The notes beneath the pieces were generated by a model, which ran no database searches, was not told the DNA's origin, and saw only the letters and a list, made by a program, of their open reading frames with translations. This document shows, piece by piece, positions 37,951 through 50,800 of a DNA stretch of 64,000 bases; the stretch's first letter is position 1; every line of letters starts with the position of its first letter. Made by a program: the position numbers and the translations under genes. The DNA is from Chara braunii (taxonomy: Eukaryota; Plantae; Charophyceae). The DNA lies in contig BFEA01000044.1 of the NCBI GenBank assembly GCA_003427395.1, forward strand, positions 1,960,896-2,024,895, given 5' to 3'.

Positions 37951-38300
37951 AAAAAAAAAAAAAAAAAAAAATGTTGAGAGTGGGGGGATGGGGTTGTATT
38001 GCCAAACACTCACCTGCTTTGCGCTTTGTAGTTCAGGTAGCAGAGCACCTATCTTGTAGCAAATCAACAAGCACATTCAACTTGCAGACATGCAGAGTTG
38101 CAAACAGAGCAAAGCTTCGCGTTTTAGTTTGCAATGGATGCAGCCTGCTAGGCGTCGAGTAGAGAGGCTTCAAAATGGGAGCACCCACGGCCGCATCGGT
38201 AGGAGACTCGTCACCTTCTGTGAAAGGTTCTGAGTCCCCTCCTTACCATCGGATCCGGGTACGCATCTTGGATAATCTAGTGGCGCCTTTTGAGGCTGCC

Positions 38301-38443
38301 CATCAGTATCTCATTATGGGATCGCTGCGTCAAATCTGCAGGTCGCACATCAGTATCTCATTATGGGATCGCTTGCATCGAATTTGCAGGTCGCCCATCA
38401 GTATCTCATAATGGGATCGCTGCGTTGAATCTGCAGGTCGCCT
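38301..38443. repeat. 47-48 bp tandem repeat, 3 copies
   Basis: CATCAGTATCTCATTATGGGATCGCT...GCAGGTCG at 38301, 38348 and 38396. Confidence 0.85.
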
Positions 38444-40551
38444 CAAGCCAAAGATGAGGTGACGTGCGACCGAGTGCGAAGGGCGCTACGAGCACTCTGA
38501 CAGATTGAGCTCTTTTGTCCCTTTGTTTTATTTTATTTTATTTTAATTTAATATAATTTTTATTGTAACTAATTTATTTTTTAATTACAAATTATCAGAA
38601 TGTAGAACTTTGGGACCCTCGTCCAGAACACAGGGGTCGTGATATGCAACGATCCTAAAAGGAAAAAGGAAAGGGGACATGCATTAGGGTACTGGGTCAT
38701 GGGCAATCTCACTACGCCGAGTACTGGCGAACCAAGGAGAGGGGGCTAGGCGGCGTGGTGAGCGCATGGCAAATAGTATGTGTGCACATGCTCGTGCTCT
38801 AAGTATTTGGCCCTGGCTAGCTCGGAACTCTGAGGCCTGGTATCGTGTACGGACCAATTGAGAAGGGGCTCGATCATGGTACGTAGCAGTGGGCTGTATG
38901 GATACAGGCCGAGGTACCTTCAATTTCTCTGGAGGTGGGAGCGAATATCAAGGGAAGGACCGATGGTGACCGCCATTCTAGACTACAGCCACTGCAACCA
39001 AGAAGTCAGACTGAAGGTGAGTGTGGAAGGGGGGAAGAGGAGGAAATGAGAACAGATCAGGCGTTGCAGGCGGCCATCATGGAGGCAAAGGATCGAACAG
39101 AGAGAAGGTGCAGACGGGATGGGGTCACGAACGAAATGAAGGTGATGGTCTCGTATTTAGAAGGGGAGACCCCGACAGATGCGGCAGAGAGGGAACAAAG
39201 GCACCTGGACCGTGACACGGAGGCGGAGAGCAAGGAGAGTGACCGGGAGGTCCAGACCCAGTCCTAGCATGGACTAGACCAATGGCGGAAGGACCACCCG
39301 ATCGCTGAGCCTGTGGAGGATGGGCCCTAGGCCAGCTCACAACAACGAAGGCCCAAAGGCCGCGACACAGTGGAAAAGAGAGAAGCGGGAGATGAGGAAG
39401 AGAGACGCGCGTGAGGGTCGCTCACGAGAGTGAGGGAGAAGGGTCTCGGAGGTCAACACACGGCTGAGGGATATCAGAGAGAGAGAGAGCAGAGAGTTGG
39501 AGAATGCGAGCGGTTACGAGAGGGGGAGAGAGACACGAGCGGGGACGATCGAAAGAGAGAGGACGAGAGAGAGTGCGCTTGAGAGTCGGACGAGAGAGGG
39601 AATGGTGTCGCCTCTGCGATAGGTTGATGTCACATGCTAATTGCACCGTCGATAGCTTACCTGCGCGCAGGCTGTGTGTCAGGTGGCAGCTGGGGTAAGA
39701 TCTTGTCGCATGGCTCGAAGTCGAGCGGTCAATGGGTAGAGACGGGAGCACTCACGAACAAGGGAGAAGAGAGTGAGGGTGAAGAGGCACGGAAGTCTGG
39801 CGTGGAGGAGAGAACAAGGCTTTCCTCTTTTTTTTTGATGACGTCACCTGTTGGGTGTGACCATCCGTGGTCTTGCTTGGAGTACTGTTGTGGTATGTCC
39901 TGCAACGGTGAGAGACCTTCGGCCAACTACGAGTGTGGGTGGTTCGGAGACCATCTCGCGGCAGCAAAGGAGCCGAGCCTCTCGTGTGACTTGTGCAAGA
40001 GAGGGCTAACTATGCAAGAACGATTTGGTGATGTCACCCGGTTTTTCTTTTCCAATCAGACTGGAAACTGAGGTAACCAGGACACGTTGTAGGGCCAAAC
40101 CCTGATAGACTTTCGAGTCGGAGTCGACCCGTTGCGGGTCCCAGTTGGCTTTGCTCCGCCCGATCTCATACTCAGGGTGCGGAGCGTTCGTCATAAGGGC
40201 ACCCCCACCTAGTGTTTGTGATGAATGGGGATGGGCCATTTCGCAAGAGAGCTTTGACATTGGGGATGTAGCGCCGCCCTCTCGCCGGATGGTAGACTTG
40301 CCAATCTTTTCGTCAAGCGCAGTTCATTTTCCTGATTCTTGGTTGTGTTCTCAAGCAAATGCTCCTTCCAATACGCAGGCCGTCTATGGGTTCTTTGAGA
40401 GTTCGTCTTCTTTTATGCATAGGCCAAGCGTTATCCTTGGGCCACGCATGTATTCACTATCTCAGGTCACCAAGACCTATTGGAAGGCGCCCCTTAGTCT
40501 TTTCGGAGCCCCTCCTGCATACATGCCTATTACATATATATATCTATTTGA

Positions 40552-40616
<65 letters not shown>

Positions 40617-41951
40617 NNNNNNNNNNNNNNNNNNNNNNNNNNNNNNNNNNNNNNNNNNNNNNNNNNNNNNNNNNNNNNNNNNNNNNNNNNNNNNNNNNNN
40701 NNNNNNNNNNNNNNNNNNNNNNNNNNNNNNNNNNNNNNNNNNNNNNNNNNNNNNNNNNNNNNNNNNNNNNNNNNNNNNNNNNNNNNNNNNNNNNNNNNNN
40801 NNNNNNNNNNNNNNNNNNNNNNNNNNNNNNNNNNNNNNNNNNNNNNTTTGTCACAGCCCCTCGTTTGTTGTCCTCTTCTCTCTCTCTGCCTACGGTTTAC
40901 CGGGCAGTTCTGTTTGTGACGATATATATATATATATATTCGGATTTAGTCTAGGCGGCCCTCTCGGCCGCCTCAAGTCTTTGTCCTTTGTTATAGCCAA
41001 CCTTGCATTACAAAAGCATGCTCAAGCCATTATCCAAGGGGGAAGGTTGAGTCTACAACCCGTTTGTCCTCAACCCCTCATTCTCTTTGTCCGCCCGGTC
41101 ATTCTCTTTGTCCGCCCGGCGTTCCCGGGTCCCTTTCCCGCTGAAGGTCTCTTTAAGCTACTTGCCTGCACATTCAACACAATTTTTACAAGGCATCCCC
41201 CACATGGGTCAACACATAATCCCTCCCACAAGCCTAAGTTCATTTTTCTTGGCCCTTGGTGCTTTCCCCTTCATTTTCGCAATCCAAGCCAAACTCTTCC
41301 CTTAGTTATGTAGTCGGGGTGATGGTTGACATAATCTGACCTTGCTTCAAGCACCAACTTCCTCTAGCCCTCTTCCGGACTCGGCTCCTCTCAATCCCTC
41401 AAGTGTCTCTTTTCCTTCCTTCTTGGCGGAGCAAGGGACCGACAACCCTCCCCTCGCCTACTTTCTCCGCCAAGCGAGGACAAGGAGGACAAGTTCTTTT
41501 CCCGTTCGTTCCCCTGGCAATGTAAGAAGTGAGCGAGGAAGGTTAGTAATATGCCAAGTGGTGGAAGGGGGAGAGGGTAGGGCGAAGAGCGAGAAAAGAA
41601 AAAGGAAGAGAGAGAGAAGGAGAGAGAGAAAGAGATGGGGAGAGAAAGAGAGAAAGGGGGAGAGAGAGAGAGAGAGGAAGAAAGGACAAGAGAAGGAGAG
41701 TGAGGGGGAAGAGGCGAGAGAAAAAGAAGGATCGATAGAGGGAGGAGGGAGTGGGAGAGAGAGAGAGAAAGAGCTTTTAGTCCTAATCAATTCACCCTTC
41801 AGTAGTAGCAGCCAAGCGCCAGTCACCCATCCCATAGCTGTAGCAACCAAGTGTTGATCACCTATCCTACGGCAGTAACAACCAAGTGTCGGTCACCCAC
41901 CCCACATCAGTAGCAGCCAAATGTCGGTCACCCGTCCCCCAGTAGTGACAA

Positions 41952-42980
41952 CCAAGTGTGAATCGGAACACTACCAAATGCATGAACTTGACAAAGTGAA
42001 GGTAGAACTTGTGAGAATACAAATACATGAATAGAAAAACAGCCAAGTGTGAATCGGAACACCACTAAGTGCATGAATTTGACAAAGTGGAGGTAGAACT
42101 AGTGAGAACACATACACATGAGTAGAAAAACAGCCAAGTATGAATCAGAACACTACCAAATGCATGAACTTGACAAAGTGAAGGTAGAACTAGTGAGAAC
42201 ACATGCACATGAATAGAAAAACAGCCAAGTGTGAATCGGAACACTACTGAATGTATGAACTTGACAAAGTGAAGGTAAAACTAGCGAGAACACATGCACA
42301 TGAGTAGAAAAACAGCCAAGCGTAAATCGGAACTTAATCAAAGGCATGAACTTGACAAAGTGATGGTAGAACTAGTGAGAACACATGCATATGAATAGAA
42401 AAACAGCCAAGTGTGAATCGAAACTTTATCAAAGGCATGAACTTGACAAGGTGATGGTAGAACTAGTGAGAACACATGCATATGAGTAGAAGAACAGTCA
42501 AGTGTGAATCGGAACATTACCAAGTGCATGAACTTGACAAACTGAGGGTAGAAGTAGTGAGAACACATGCACATGAGTAGAAAAACAGCCAAGTGTGAAT
42601 CGGAACTTTATCAAGTGAATGAACTTGAGAAGGTGATGGTAGAACTAGTGAGAACACATGCATACGAGTAGAAGAACAACCAAGTGTGAATTGGAACTTT
42701 ATCAAGTGCATGAACTTGACAAGGTGATGGTAGAACTAGTGAGAACACATGCATATGAGTAGAAGAACAACCAAGTGTGAATCGGAACTTTATCAAAGGC
42801 ATGAACTTGACAAAGTGAAGGTAGAACTAGTGATAACACATGCATACGAGTAGGAGAACAGCCAAGTGTGAATCTGAACTTCATCAAAGGCATGAACTTG
42901 ATAAAGTGAAGGTAGAACTAGTGAGAACACATGCATACGAGTAGAAGAACAGCCAAGTGGGAACCGGAACACTACCAAGT
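41952..42980. repeat. 91-bp satellite, ~11.3 copies
   Basis: CCAAGTGTGAATCGGAAC recurs every 91 bp from 41952 to 42953. Confidence 0.95.
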
Positions 42981-42987
42981 GAGGGAT

Positions 42988-43376
42988 GAGCCATGCATGT
43001 GAGTGAGACTTGCTCAAACACATGCTTGAAGCTCATGAATGCAACCAATCATGAAACGGGATGCCATCATGTGAGAGTTGAGTCGTGCATGTGAGTGAGA
43101 CTTGCTCAAACACATGCTTGTAGCTCATGGATGCAACCAAGCATGAAACGGAATGACATCATGTGAGAGTTGAGCCATGCATGTGAGTGAGACTTGCTCA
43201 AACACATGCTTGTAGCTCATGAATGCAACCAAGCATTAGACGGAAAGACATTATGTGAGAGTTGAGCCATGCATGTGAGTAAGACTTGCTCAAACACATG
43301 CTTGTAGCTCATGAATGCAACCAAGCATGAAACGGAATGTCATCATGTGAGAGTTGAGCCATGCATGTGAGTGAGA
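42988..43376. repeat. 92-bp satellite, more than 4 copies, running into a gap
   Basis: GAGCCATGCATGTGAGTGAGAC (or close variant) at 42988, 43080, 43172, 43264 and 43356. Confidence 0.95.
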
Positions 43377-43696
43377 NNNNNNNNNNNNNNNNNNNNNNNN
43401 NNNNNNNNNNNNNNNNNNNNNNNNNNNNNNNNNNNNNNNNNNNNNNNNNNNNNNNNNNNNNNNNNNNNNNNNNNNNNNNNNNNNNNNNNNNNNNNNNNNN
43501 NNNNNNNNNNNNNNNNNNNNNNNNNNNNNNNNNNNNNNNNNNNNNNNNNNNNNNNNNNNNNNNNNNNNNNNNNNNNNNNNNNNNNNNNNNNNNNNNNNNN
43601 NNNNNNNNNNNNNNNNNNNNNNNNNNNNNNNNNNNNNNNNNNNNNNNNNNNNNNNNNNNNNNNNNNNNNNNNNNNNNNNNNNNNNNNNNNNNNNNN

Positions 43697-44865
43697 GAAA
43701 TCACAAGGGGGGAAGTAACGCTTCACATGGGAGTGAAGAAATGGACTAAACAAGAGAAGTGAAGAAGTGGAGAGAAAATGAGAAAGGAGTGCCCGAAAGC
43801 ATGAAATCACAAGGGGGGAAGTAACGCTTCACATAGAAGTGAAGAAATGGACTAAGCAAGAGAAAAACATCATCCAAACACTAGAGAAAGCACAAACAAG
43901 AGTTGCGATTTGCTCCTAAGTGAAGAAGTGGAGAGGAAGGGAGAGAAAAGTGAGTACAACTCACTCAAATGCATGAAATCACAAGGGGAGAAGTAGCGCT
44001 TCACATGGGAGTGAAGAAATGGACTAAACAAGAGAGAAACCTCATCCAAACACTAAAGAAAACACAAACAAGAGTCGCAATTTGCTCCCAAGTGAAAAAG
44101 TGGAGAGAAGGGGAGAGAAAAGTGAGCCGAACTCGCTCAAATGCATGGTATCACAAGGGGAGAAGTAGCGCTTCACATGGGAGTGAAGAAATGGACTAAA
44201 CAAGAGAGAAACCTCATCCAAACATTAGAGAAAGCACAAACAAGAGTTGCGATGTGCTCCTAAGTGAAGAAGTGAAGAAAAAGGGAGAGAAAAGTGAGTA
44301 GAACTCACTCAAATGCATGAAATCACAAGGGGAGAAGTAACGCTTCACATGGGAGTGAAGAAATGGACTAAACAAAAGAGAAACCTCATCCAAACACTAG
44401 AGAAAGCACAAACAAGAGTTACAATTTGCTCCCAAGTTAAAAAGTGAAGAGAAAGGGATAAAAAAATTAGTAGAACTAACTCAAATGCATGAAATCACAA
44501 GGGGAGAAGTAGCGCTTCACATGGGAGTGAAGAAATGGATTAAACAAGAGAGAAACCTCTTCCAAACACGAGAGAAAACACAAACAAGAGTTGCGATTTG
44601 CTCCTAAGTGAAGAAGTGGAGAGAAAGGGAGAGAAATGTGAGTAGCTCACTCAAATGCATGAAATCACAAGGGGAGAAGTGCTTCACACGGGAGTGGACT
44701 AAACAAGAGAGAAACCTCATCCAAACACTAGAGAAAGCTCAAACCAGAGTTGCGATTTGCTCCTAAGTGAAGAAGTGAAGAGAAAGGGAGACAAAATTGA
44801 GTAGAACTCACTCAAATGCATAAAATCACAAGGGGGAAAGTGACGATTCACATAGGAGTGACGAA
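43697..44865. repeat. 172-bp satellite, ~6.5 copies
   Basis: GCATGAAATCACAAGGGG (or close variant) at 43799, 43971, 44143, 44315, 44487, 44657 and 44818. Confidence 0.95.
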
Positions 44866-44869
44866 TGAG

Positions 44870-47800
44870 CCCATGGGGAGATCATTACTAGTGAGGTGGT
44901 TTCCTACCATCTACTCTAAGCTTAGGAAAGTTCCTATGGAGAGAGAGAGGGAGAGGGTGAAGAAGAAAAGAGTGAGATATGGATAAGAGATCTTTGGGAG
45001 AGTAGGAGAACGAAGGGAAGGAGAGGAAGACAAGGAAGAAGAAAAAAAAAAAAAAAAAAGAAGGAGAAGAAGAGAAGAAAGATAAGGGAGGAAGGAGGAT
45101 AGAGAGAAAAAGAAGAAGAAGAAGGAGGAGAAAACGCTTCTCCTTTCCATTATTAGTGTTTTGGAGATGAAACAGCTCCTCCCCTCTTTGCCCGAGTGTC
45201 ACATTGGCTATGGCTCTCTTCTTCCCCAAACCCTTCTCTCCTTCCCATCTCAACCTCACCCAAGCTATGGCAAGCTTCCTCTACTGTGGCTATGGAGTCC
45301 TTCCCTCTAGGAGGGCTAATGGGACTCCCTCTAGCCTCCCCCTCTTCCCCACAGCCTGGGGGCTATGGCGGATTCACTATCACTAACCTCTAGAGCTCCT
45401 TCCTCTAGCTCAGTCTCCTCTAAGCTCCCACATTGGCAGGGGTTCCCCTCTCCTCTCTCCAAGTGAGGAAAGTGCTCTTATGAGCTCACTTGGGCAGCAT
45501 GGGCACTCCTCATGCAAATATGAGTGTGGTGGACTTGGGAACCAGCACTCCGGCCAGCCCATGGGCCTGCCTTGAGGTGTACCGAGGTACCCTCAAGGCA
45601 AAATTTCACCACTAGGCCCTTCAGGAGGTACCCGGGCTTTATTTTGACCAAGTACCTGCAGTCCGAGTGGTTGGTACCAACTCGAATTGGCTCTTGGCCT
45701 CCTTCAACCTCTTTTTCATTTTCAAAATGCTGCCCCCTTGGGTCCTAATGCCCAAGGGGCAGCCTCACTTGAGAGAAAAAGGCCTAGAGGGCCGTTTTTT
45801 TAATTTTTTCAGTTTCTACCCCATTTTTGGTAGGACGAGGTATTTTTCCTTACCTCGGTGCCTTCTCAGCCTTGGATTTGGTTGAGATCCAAGACCAACA
45901 ATATTTTGTGCCACCCCCAAGTAGTCCTTGCTTCAAATTTGAACCCGTAAGTCCACTTTTTTAATTTTTGGTGCATCTGGCTTTCTTTTTGGGCCAAATG
46001 CACAGTTTTGTCTTTTTCCCTCTTTTGTTTCTTTCCATTTTGGGCTGCCAACTCATTTCGGAGTTGGCCGTTTGAGTAGGTCTCCCCAAAAACGGGCATA
46101 TTCCCTCCTCCATATATCTGAATCTCGGATCCATGGCTCAAAAGAAAACCGGTCATTTTTTTTTTTGCATTTTTTTTTATTTTTCTCTTTTTAATTCAGA
46201 TTTTGTGTAGATATTGCCCCAAGGGCCATATCTCTGCATTTCGGATTGCCCTCCTTTAATCTTGGAGGGATGAGGTCATAGTAGGGACCTGCCAGTCCCT
46301 TCTGTGTAGGTCCCAATAGGCCGACACATTCTCCTTCACTCTTTTCTCCCCTTTTGTTTCACCCTCCCTCCATTTTCTCTCTTTTTCTTTTATTTCTAAT
46401 GTGACAAGTGTCAAGTAGCTGTTGAGTTTTTTTCTAGGCCATGGATCCTCATCCATGGCCAAATTCAGACTCAGCAGTTGGCCGTTATATCTCGGATTAC
46501 AATAATGACACCCCCATGCTCATAGGGGGATCCATTTTGCCTTCGTTAGTCCCAATTTTGAGCCCCCTTTGCTCCAATTTTCCTTAAGCAACCTTTTTCC
46601 CAAGTTGAGCCTATTGAAGCTCTATTTTCTCATGCCTAGCTAGTCGGAGATATTTCAGACTGTTGGACAGCCCTCCCAACACCATTATGGCTCTCCCACT
46701 TGATCCCACTAGTGCTTGCACTAGTGGTGCTAATATCTTCCACCGTCGAGATCAATCCTTGATCTCGATGGTGTCGTTTGCTTTGCGTGACCATTTCTTA
46801 TGTTGGCTCATGGTTCCTTGGGACACCTCAAGTCCGCGCCACTTTCCTTCGTATTAGTTTTTTTTTTTTGTCCCACCGGTAGTCCCGCCGACACATGTTC
46901 TATTTTTCGGTTATTTTTAGTTGGGCCCTCTTAGTCCCCGACATTGTCCCGGTTGAAACCCCATTTTTATTTTTGGGCCTCCTTGTCCTTGTTGGTTCCA
47001 ATGTCCCTTCCTCAAGTGCCCCATGCGTGTAGATTATCCTTGGCCGCGAGATCTCATCTCACGCTTGCCGTTTACCGTCTTTATTTGCTTCATGTCGAAA
47101 TCGTTTTTTTCTAGCCCTTTGGGCTTGTAATGGCTTATTTTTCCCTTGGCCTAGGCATCCTTATGCAGTCCGTTATTTCTCGGACTGCAATTATGGTCAT
47201 TTCCGTAGTCCCACAACCCCACAACTTGCCCCATATTGAAAGAAAATGAAGTATTCTTAAGTGCATCCGGGCTGAATATTGGCTTCGGATGCACCTAAAA
47301 CATGTGTTTTCCCTTCCCCTTGCAGTCCGTTGTAACTCAGACTGCAATGGGGGTCAATTTCCTAGCCCCAATGCCCTACAACTAGCCCTGAACTGAAAGA
47401 AAAAGAAACGGCCTACTTTCAAGTGCATCCGGGCTCAATTTTGCCTCCGGATGCACCTAAAACAAGTGGCTTAATCCCCATGCATTTCGTTGTACCTCGG
47501 TTGCATGGGGCCTTGATTTTTCTTGATTTTTTTTGCAAAATCAAGAGAAAATCAATACCCTTTGCAACCGCCATATTCCAGAATGTATCTGGTCACGGAT
47601 GTATCTTCCCAAGTGGCCGTTTTTTATCGTTATGGCCCTTTTCTCTTTTCTTTTCTTTTCTCTTTTTTTTTTTTTTTTTTTCCCTCCTTTCTTGGACAGT
47701 AGGGACCTGCCAGTCCCTACTTGTGGCAGTTTCCCAGTCCCTAGTTGTGGCAGTTTCTACTGACGGCCAACTCACTCACTCCCTCTCACTCTTTCTGTCT

Positions 47801-50800
47801 TATTCTCCCACTTTTTTTTTTACTTTTTTTTTTCCTAGCATGCCAAGTGTCAGGTGGCCGTTAAGGCCCGTTTTCTAGGCCCTTCCTTTTAGTTTCGGCC
47901 CTCCCTATGCCCACGGTGCAGTCCGTTGTATCTCAGACAACAATAATGGCTCCCACATGCCGATGGGAGCTTCCTTTCCCCTTTATTTCTTTCACATAGT
48001 AGCCCCTCCTACTCCGATTTTCTCCCGGAGGCCTATTTTTCACATGGAGTCTCTTTTGACTCCATTTTCTTGAGGGAGGCTGATCCGAGATTTTTCGGAT
48101 TGCTCCCATGCCTCCCACTTCATGTTTCTTTACTTTTTCTTTTCCTTTTGGCCTTCCCGTTTGGTCTTGACGGTGCATCTTGTTTTAATTGTTTTCTCCT
48201 TGTGCCGCTCCGCCGTTTCTCTTGAGGCCCTCTCATGTCCCCGCCACTTGTCCCGTCAGTGGTCCTGACACTTTGTCCCGTCGGCGGTCCCCAACACTTT
48301 GTCGCGCCGGCGGTCCTCGACACTTTGTCTCGCCGATGGTCCTCGACACTTTGTCCCGTTGGTGGTCCTCGACACTTTGTCTCGTCGATGGTCCCAGATG
48401 CTTTTTCTCAAGGTGTCCCATGTTCTTTCGGTGTTTACCGCCTTATGGTGGCCCCTTTCCCTTGCCTTTTCTTGGGCCTTGTTGATGGTCCCAGATGCTT
48501 TTTCTCAAGGTGTCCCATGTTCTGTCGGTGTTTACCGCCTTATGGTGGCCCCTTTCCCTTGCCTTTTCTTGGGCCTTGCGTGCGCCGGTTTCTCCGGCTG
48601 CAAGCCTCCAATCCGTAGTTCCAGTTAATTGTTGTAGGCGACCCTAATGTTGGGCCCTTATTTTTCTAGCGTCCCACGACCATCGTGTTGTTCACCCCTT
48701 GGCTCCCTTATTCTCTTATCATTTGTCGTGCCGCACTTGCTAAGCCAATGGGCCCTTGGGTCCTTGTTATGCCGAATTCAGGTGGCCCTCCGGCCCCATG
48801 CTATGTTCTTATGCACCCATGTTGTGTTGCTTACTCGCTTGTCGTTGCCATTCTTTACTTCCTGTGGTACTCAACCCAGGGCATCCTTCCTCTTGGTGGT
48901 CCCGTCCTTTGTCTTTTCCCTCTTGTCTCCTCACTTCAGATTTCTCTGTCGTGCACAATTTGGTTATATACAGGCTCTCGAGTGTTGGGATGCTATTTGG
49001 GACCCACTGGTCCCGACAACGTGTCAGTCAGCCAGACAAAGTGCGCCTGGGCGGAGGAGGGGAGTCAACACCTGGCATAGAGAACTTTGAACTCATGGAC
49101 TGGTTTTCATAATCATGAAGTATGCGACAAGAAAGAGGAGAGGAGCCATCACTGAGGTTGCTAGTGCGGAGGGTGCGCAGGCAGCTAAGGACGACCGCTG
49201 ACGGGGCCGCCTCGCAGTGGTGAGCTCTGCTCTTTATCGCGTTTCCTCTAGGATCTTTATGCGGAGTGAGGGGCCGCTTGCGGCTCAATAATGTGAACAC
49301 AATTAGAGGAGCCGTCGATGGGTTGGATGCTTAAGTGCATGAGTGCGCAGGATTTTGTTTCCCGTGAGTGAGTACTTTCATTAGAGTAACATTGTGACAC
49401 TATACGTTCTCGACTACAATTACTAGCAAGGACCGACAAGACTCGTGTGGAAATACGCAAACGACCATGTACACGGCCTGTACCACATTTCATTTCATGA
49501 TTGTGAAGTTGTAAATGAGCTTGGCAAGTGCATTGTTAGGGAAAGGACGTGGTAACGCCAGGTACGAGTGGCATGTGTACAAGCGTGTAGAGAAATTTTC
49601 ACAGGGCGTTCAATTAGCAATGGAGGGTTTGGAACCAGGTGCCAAAGAGGAGAACAGAGGTATCTTTCTCCTGTCGTGTTTCATGATTTCAAATCTTGCT
49701 GAGTAAATGAGGAAAAGGAGAGTTGTATTAAGGAAAATCTCCTATCTTCTTGCCAAATTTTTACTTGAATGGGATTGATGATTTTCTCGTTTGGGTTGAG
49801 TCTTGAGTCTAAACTAAGGTAGCGTGAAGGGAGTGTTAATTGAATATCCAACTGTTTTCGGTGAAGTCTCCATCATGACTTAACTAAATCCTGGCTTAAC
49901 TAAAAGCAAAGCTTAAGCATGAATCGAGATCGAGGGACTCGGTGTTTGTCAGATGAGTCCCAACCTTTCCTTTTTCTCCTTCCCCTTTCATCTACCTTTG
50001 GATCTTGCCGCACGATTGTATGTTGTGCATCAGTGTGTCGTGTAGAGACGACCCCTCAAATCAGTCTTTGCTTGCATCATCTGCTTTCAACGTTAAGGGC
50101 TCTGAAGTGCTTCGAAAAACTGTGCCACGTGCGATGTTCCGATTGCAGCCTGAGTCAGGGGCCCTATGAGCACGGTACCTGATAAAGAGGAAAGGTGCAC
50201 AGTTTAAGGCTGAGTTGGGTAAATTCCTTTTACAACTGGATTGTCTAGTAGCTCGACTATCTACCTGGATTCGTTCATAGACCCTCGCCCCAAGTTAGCG
50301 TTGCTGGTGAACTCAGCCAGATGGCTGAGACTACTGTTGCAAATAGTTCAAACATCGAGCTACAAAAGCAACGTGACATGAGAGGGAGAATTTGATATGT
50401 GGGGCTTTCATACTGACGAGAGGGTCGTACCCAAAACGACTGTTTTCGGTCCCTTAATAGTGCACGGGGCGCCTCAAACCTTGATGCCCTGTCTATAGAC
50501 AGGCTTATCGTCTGATCCCTCGGGACTTAGATCCTTGCGGTGCAGTAGCAGAGCCTACTAATCAGATACGAGCTGTATTGATCACAACTACCAATCTGTA
50601 GGGACAACCATCTCTAAACCTCTAGTCTCACGATGCCCAGTATAGCCAAGTTCACAAGTGACTAGCTGACATAACCGGATGGGTTTGCTTGTGTCCATAA
50701 TTGTTCGAAAACGAGTTTTGTTCGAGAATGAGTTCATGACTGGGTAGTGTCAAGCGTAGGCCCAATTGACTCAAGTCAGAGAACTTGGGATGACAACAAG

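Noticed and set aside
38030-38162. Candidate third LRR exon (LRVLVCNGCSL)
   Set aside because: Single weak motif followed by a stop; it does not resemble the expected continuation.
41952-44865. CRISPR-like periodicity
   Set aside because: The whole unit repeats with no unique spacers, there are no cas genes, and the context is eukaryotic.
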